Shown here one piece after another: positions 58,290 through 64,000 of a DNA stretch of 64,000 bases. The notes below the pieces were generated by a model. The model had not been told where the DNA came from and did not search any database. It saw only the letters and a list, made by a program, of their open reading frames with translations. The translations under genes were made by a program, and so were the position numbers. The DNA lies in NCBI GenBank assembly GCA_964016885.1, contig OZ024740.1, positions 322,834,001-322,898,000 on the forward strand. Reading direction: 5' to 3'. Each line of letters starts with the position of its first letter. Position 1 is the stretch's first letter. Source of the DNA: Eledone cirrhosa (Eukaryota).

Positions 58290-58610
58290 CCAACACACTT
58301 ACCACTAGGCCACGTGCCTCCACCGTAAGTCCAACACACTTACCACTAGGCCACGTGCCTCCACCGTAAGTCCAACACACTTACCACTAGGCCACGTGCC
58401 TCCACCGTAAGTCCAACACACTTACCACTAGGCCACGTGCCTCCACCGTAAGTCCAACACACTTACCACTAGGCCACGTGCCTCCACCGTAAGTCCAACA
58501 CACTTACTACTAGGCCACGTGCCTCCACCGTAAGTCCAACACACTTACCACTAGGCCACGTGCCTCCACCGTAAGTCCAACACACTTACTACTAGGCCAC
58601 GTGCCTCCAC
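58290..58610 (-). repeat. 41-bp tandem repeat (8 copies, last one partial) amplified from the SINE A-box head
   Basis: The unit CCAACACACTTACCACTAGGCCACGTGCCTCCACCGTAAGT starts at 58290, 58331 and so on to 58577. It is contiguous with SINE 58048-58322. Confidence 0.9.
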
Positions 58611-58629
58611 GAAAAGAGGCGCAAACACA

Positions 58630-59690
58630 TAGACATATATATGTGTGTATAGGCATATATATATGTGTATAGGTTATAGGCATATATATATGTGTATAGG
58701 CTATAGTCATACATACACATCCTCACACACCAAAAGGAACTCAAACACGTAGACATATATATGTGTATAGGTTATAGGCATGTATATGTGTATAGGCTAT
58801 AGGCATATATATGTTTATAGGTTATAGGCATATATATGTATATAGGCTATAGGCGTATATATATGGGTATAGGCTATAGGCATATATATATGTGTATAGG
58901 CTATATTCATATATATGTTTATAGGTTATAGGCATATATATGTGTATAGGCTATATGCATATATATATATGTATAGGTTATAGGCATATACATGTGTATA
59001 GGTTATAGGCATATATATGTGAATACGCTATAGGCATATATATGTGTATAGGTTATAGGTATATATATGTGTATAGGTTATAGACATATATATGTGTATA
59101 GGTTATAGGCATATATATGTGTATAGGTTATAGGCATGTATATGTGCATAGGCTATAGGAATATATATGTGTATAGGCTATAGGCATATATATATATTTA
59201 TAGGTTATAGGCATATATATGTGTATAGGTTATAGGCATATATATGTGTATCGGTTATAGGCATATATATGTGTATAGGTTATAGGCATATATATGTGTA
59301 TAGGTTATAGGCATATATATGTGTATAGGTTATAGATATATATACACATCCTCATACACCCGAAGGAACTTAAACACATATATATATATATATGTATATG
59401 TTATAGGCATACATACACATCCTCACACAGTAAAAGTAACTCAAACACATATACATAAATATGTGTATAGGCTATAGGCATATATATATATGTAGAGTCT
59501 ATAGGCATATATATGTGTATAGATAATAGATATATATATGTGTATAGGCTATAGGCATATATATGTGTATAGGTAATAGATATATATATGTGTATAGGCT
59601 ATAGGCATATATATGTGTATAGGTAATAGATATATATATGTGTATAAGCTATAGGCAAATATATGTGTATAGGCTATAGGCATACATATA
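58630..59690. repeat. ~25-bp minisatellite (GTGTATAGGTTATAGGCATATATAT)n
   Basis: Direct inspection. Confidence 0.9.
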
Positions 59691-60030
59691 CAACCACGCC
59701 CCATAAAGACAAACGAAGAAACAAAGGTAATTATGGAACTAAAATGATTTCAATCTTATTGAATAATAACAGTAACAAAAACAAGAAAAAGAACAACAAC
59801 AACGATAATAACAATAATAACAACAACAATAATAACAACAACAATAACAACAATAACAATAACAACAAGAAGAATTGTGCAGTAAAAGAAAGAAGAAAAT
59901 ATCAGTCTTCATAAATGAAGATTAAATATTGAAATAATTGCTTAACAGAGTAGTTTATTAAAAAGAATGAACACACACATGAACACTCACATACATACTT
60001 ATAACAACCCAGCCCTCTCTCTCTATATAT

Positions 60031-60081
<51 letters not shown>

Positions 60082-60545
60082 CATGCACATACAGACAATA
60101 TACGCCTATAAACCTGAAAATGGACGCATATATACTTCACATGCACACACGCACGCACACTCATACACACGTGTATATCCACACACACATACATACTCTC
60201 TCTCTCACACACACAGACAGATATTGGCAAATATAAGTATTGGTTTTGTTTTAATAACAGTTCAGTACTGAAGTTATTGAACAGTCATTAGTATTGATGA
60301 AGTGGAATATGTTTTAATTATAAAATGTCTCCAGATGTTTCTGGAAATAAGTCAAAAGACAATCCTGTTTTAATAGCAGCAGACATTAGTGTGGTGGGGT
60401 GGGGATGGGGGCGGGGTGGTTGCGAGATTGATATGTGAGGGAGGGGGAGAGGAGAGACAAGGGAGGTGGGAGGACGGGAGGGAGCCATTAGACAGAGGAG
60501 GTGTGAGTATGATGACAGCTAGAATCACTACTTAGTCTACAAGGA

Positions 60546-60615
<70 letters not shown>

Positions 60616-60702
60616 TCACCACCACCACCACCACCACCACCAACACCATCACCACCACCACCATCATCACCACCACTACTAGTAATTAGGATAGTATTAA
60701 AA

Positions 60703-61092
60703 ATAATTGTTTCTACTTTTGGCACAAGGCCAGCAATAACCCAGTGTATTACTGGTACTTTATTTTATCGACACCGTAAGGATCAAAGGCAAAGTTAACC
60801 TTGGCGGGATTTGAACTCAGAATGGCAAGGGCCGTAACTCTATGCGTCAAAGCATGGCGTCCGACCCTCTACCGATACTGCCAAAATGGTTTTACAAGGC
60901 CAACAATTTTGGGGAGAGGCGAAAGTCGATTAAATCAACCCCAGTGTGCTACTGGTACTTTATTTTATCGACCCAGTAAGGATGGAAGGCAAAGCTAACC
61001 TCGGCGAGATTTGAATTCAGAACGTAAAGGGTCGTAACTCTTTGCCATGAATCATATTGTCCCACGCTCTACCGATACTGCTAATTTACCGC
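60703..61092 (-). mobile_element. Tandem SINE family 1 dimer
   Basis: Two copies at about 60703-60885 and 60885-61092. Another lies at about 61985-62157. Confidence 0.8.
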
Positions 61093-61156
61093 CCTAGTCA
61101 TGACTGACTGAGGAAGGTATCTAAAACTCCTTATAATTAAGACGAAAAAAAACGAG

Positions 61157-61233
<77 letters not shown>

Positions 61234-61394
61234 GGAGGAGAGAAAAGAGGAAGAAGGAGAGAGAGAGGCGGATGAACATTAAAGGAAAAATAGGAGGCAA
61301 AAGAGGCAAAAATTCATGGTTTCAAATGTTTCTGTTGAATCACTTTTATGATAATGATAATAGCCTTAATGATGATAGTCTTAATGATAATAAT

Positions 61395-61500
61395 GTTGAA
61401 GACCGTATACCTCTTAAAGAAATGGAGAAATTATCCAAATGTAAAGATCTAGAAATACAGATAATCTGAATCTGAGCGATGAAAAGAGAAGCAATCTCTA
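61395..61500 (+). pseudogene. Small R4/Dong-like RLE fragment in (GAT/AAT)n
   Basis: EDRIPLKEMEKLSKCKDLEIQI matches the D.....KE.EK..KY.DL..EI motif. Confidence 0.55.
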
Positions 61501-63176
61501 TAATATTAATGATGATGATGTCGGTGATGATAATGACGAAGACGATGATGATGATGATGTCGGTGATGATGATGAGGATGATGATGATGACGATGATGAG
61601 TCATTACATTTGTTGCAGGTAACCTTGTATGCCTAGTATGATCTCGTGTGCAATTCTCTATTGTTGATGGGACAGTTAGTGAGTGTATATATAGTGAGTG
61701 TATATATTTGGACAGTCACCTTCTCAGTGACGGCCCTCAGAGCACCAGTTATATACCCAGACCTTCCCTATGGATATTACATATTTTAGAAGAGTGGGTA
61801 TATAATAGTACCTGATAATTGTGATGGAACACATTGTGGCGACCCTGGAGGAATACATGCTTATGTTGTTCAGACTGTATTTAAGCTCAGAAGGTAGAGC
61901 AATGACACTAAATACAGTTAGATATGACACTAAATACAGTTAGATATTTCGTTCGATATTCTAATGATATGCCCCTAGCTATTGATTTCTAATTTAGACA
62001 CAAGGGAAAAGTTGATTAATTTAACTATATTTTATCGATTATTGAATGATAAAAGGTAAAGTTGACCTCGGCGGTGTTTGAACTCAGAATGTAAAGAGCC
62101 AGAACAAGCAGCACAATGACATTTATCCGGCGCTCTACCAATTCTGACAATCCACCACTTGATGCTTGTGAAAACGTTTGATTTATCTCAAATGGTTGAA
62201 GTCTAGAACAGTTGTCATACGGTATATAATTTAATGTCCCAGCTTTCTGAGTTTAAATGGCGCCACATCCGTCATGGCTTTCTCCCCTGCAGCTGACTAT
62301 AGATTAAGTACCAGTAATATACTCTGAGGTAACCAAAATTTCATGGTGTTTTATACCGATGCAAAGAAGTGTTTTAATTCTTGCCAATAGCTGTGTGGTT
62401 AAAGAATTTGGTTTGTATCCACGTGATTCTAGATTCAATTTCCTTGCGAGGCTCCTCGGTCAAGCGTCTTGCACTATTACCCCTGTTAGACTAACGTGTT
62501 GTGAGTGACATTTGATACACGGACACTGTGTGTGTGTGTCTGTTTCCGTGTCTGCGGTTAGCTTAATGTTTGTGTGTATGTTTGTTTCTGTAACTTAGCG
62601 TTTCGACCAAAAGACGGAGATTAATAAAACAAGCACCAGACTTGAAAAACATAGTACTGGATGAGGTGGGGGCATATAATTAACTAAATCAAAGTGGTGC
62701 TCCAGTATGGCGAATGTCTAATGATTGAAACAAGTAAAACAATACATAGCATAATAAAAGAACCAAGTCTTACATAGTTTTTTCAAAGTCTTCTATTCAT
62801 ATAAACCAAAAAAGCATTTCTTCTTAGTCATCATTTTTCGAAGATGTTTACACAGAAAGGTGGATGCATATATCAAGAATTTCCGTCCAAGACAATCTGA
62901 ATCCTGACAAACTAAAAATAACGGAAATTCTATGATCAATACCTCTAAACAAGACTTATTGTAATTAGTTCCGTGTCCAAGACTAACCAACCATGAAACG
63001 CACTCATCTACTTGGCTTATTTTTGTCTCCAGACAAATACAATGGAATTGAAAGAGACTTCTAGAGTGAATACCATTGAAGATGAGGAGAATATTGAGCG
63101 GTGAAATATGTCCTGCCGTGCGAGACGTTGATAGGTAGAAAGAGATGGAGGGAGAGAGAGAGTGATATAGATTGGT

Positions 63177-63243
<67 letters not shown>

Positions 63244-63460
63244 GAAAACGAAGACTAAAATGCAGGTAGCTGGTTCGTTGAACATACATACGTATATGCA
63301 TGCTTGCATGCATATATACATACGTTATACACAAACACACACATATATTTCTGTGTACGTGTGCATATGTCACATAGACATTTATACACACACATGCGCG
63401 CGCTCACACACCACACACATGTATATATATATATATAAAAATACATGCACACACACACAC

Positions 63461-63514
<54 letters not shown>

Positions 63515-63651
63515 GCACACACATATATCATATATGGATGTTTTCTTCGTTTTTCATTCTTCATTCTTCCTTATTTTTATTTTTCCTACAGGCCTGATCC
63601 TAATAAGATTTTGAGTAATTTTTTCCTTGCTTGCCTTCTTGAAACTTGAAC

Positions 63652-63693
<42 letters not shown>

Positions 63694-63718
63694 TACTATA
63701 TATATATAATGTAATCTG

Positions 63719-63999
63719 AGTTTTTCGAATATCAATAATAATATTCGATTCGTTTGCAATTATGCAAACAGTCACTGTATATTTTAGAAAATATATATTT
63801 TCTCTAGCTCTGACAGTTGGCAGGTGAACAGTAAACTGTACTGATGAAGGGTAATCACCCAGAAACATTAGTGTCTGCAGTTCTGTTTACATGCCAACAC
63901 AGGAGCAAGAATGAGGGGCTCATTCTACTGACATTGCCTAAAGAGGCTGTTTGCATAATTGCAAACTAATCGAATATTATTATTGATATTCGAAAAACT
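63719..63999. repeat. Fold-back element with at least 53-bp arms enclosing a hammerhead; it may run past the window end
   Basis: 63719-63771 pairs with 63947-63999. (TA)n lies upstream. Confidence 0.85.
63834..63882 (+). ncRNA. Type I hammerhead ribozyme
   Basis: AACTGTA-CTGATGA-A GGGT aatc ACCC A-GAAA-CATTAGTG-TC-TGCAGTT, with a GUC site and one mismatch at the base of stem II. Confidence 0.7.
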
Positions 64000-64000
64000 T

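Noticed and set aside
58290-58610. CRISPR-like regular array
   Set aside because: The units are contiguous with no unique spacers, derive from a SINE head, and sit in eukaryotic context with no cas genes.
62793-63115. Possible terminal exon (…TYFTAQYSPHLQWYSL*) and other splice-like snippets (30470, 37390, 48200, 61725)
   Set aside because: They are short, lack homology I can recognise and cannot be joined into a gene model without RNA data.

Overview
This is AT-rich, microsatellite-dense eukaryotic DNA with no recognisable host gene. The dominant tRNA-derived SINE family and the (TA)n/(CA)n/(TATG)n load suggest an octopod cephalopod (inference). Almost all listed ORFs are microsatellite artefacts. 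The real coding remnants are decayed retroelements: an Ingi/Vingi-like LINE with an HDV-like ribozyme fold at its 5' end (5746-8624), an L1/Tx1-like LINE (~16330-20010), RTE 3' ends, R4/Dong-like and CRE-like endonuclease tails, and Penelope-like element (PLE) fragments. There are also two DNA-transposon MITEs. The most striking pattern is about a dozen type I hammerhead ribozyme (HHR) motifs (CUGANGA...GAAA...NUH), most with palindromic stem III. They sit in short elements that abut (TA)n tracts and often form fold-back inverted repeats. One such element (42208-46463) has 596-bp inverted ends, each with an HHR, around a PLE GIY-YIG C-terminus, which links these fold-back mini-elements to PLEs. 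All folds and family assignments were made by eye, with no searches run.
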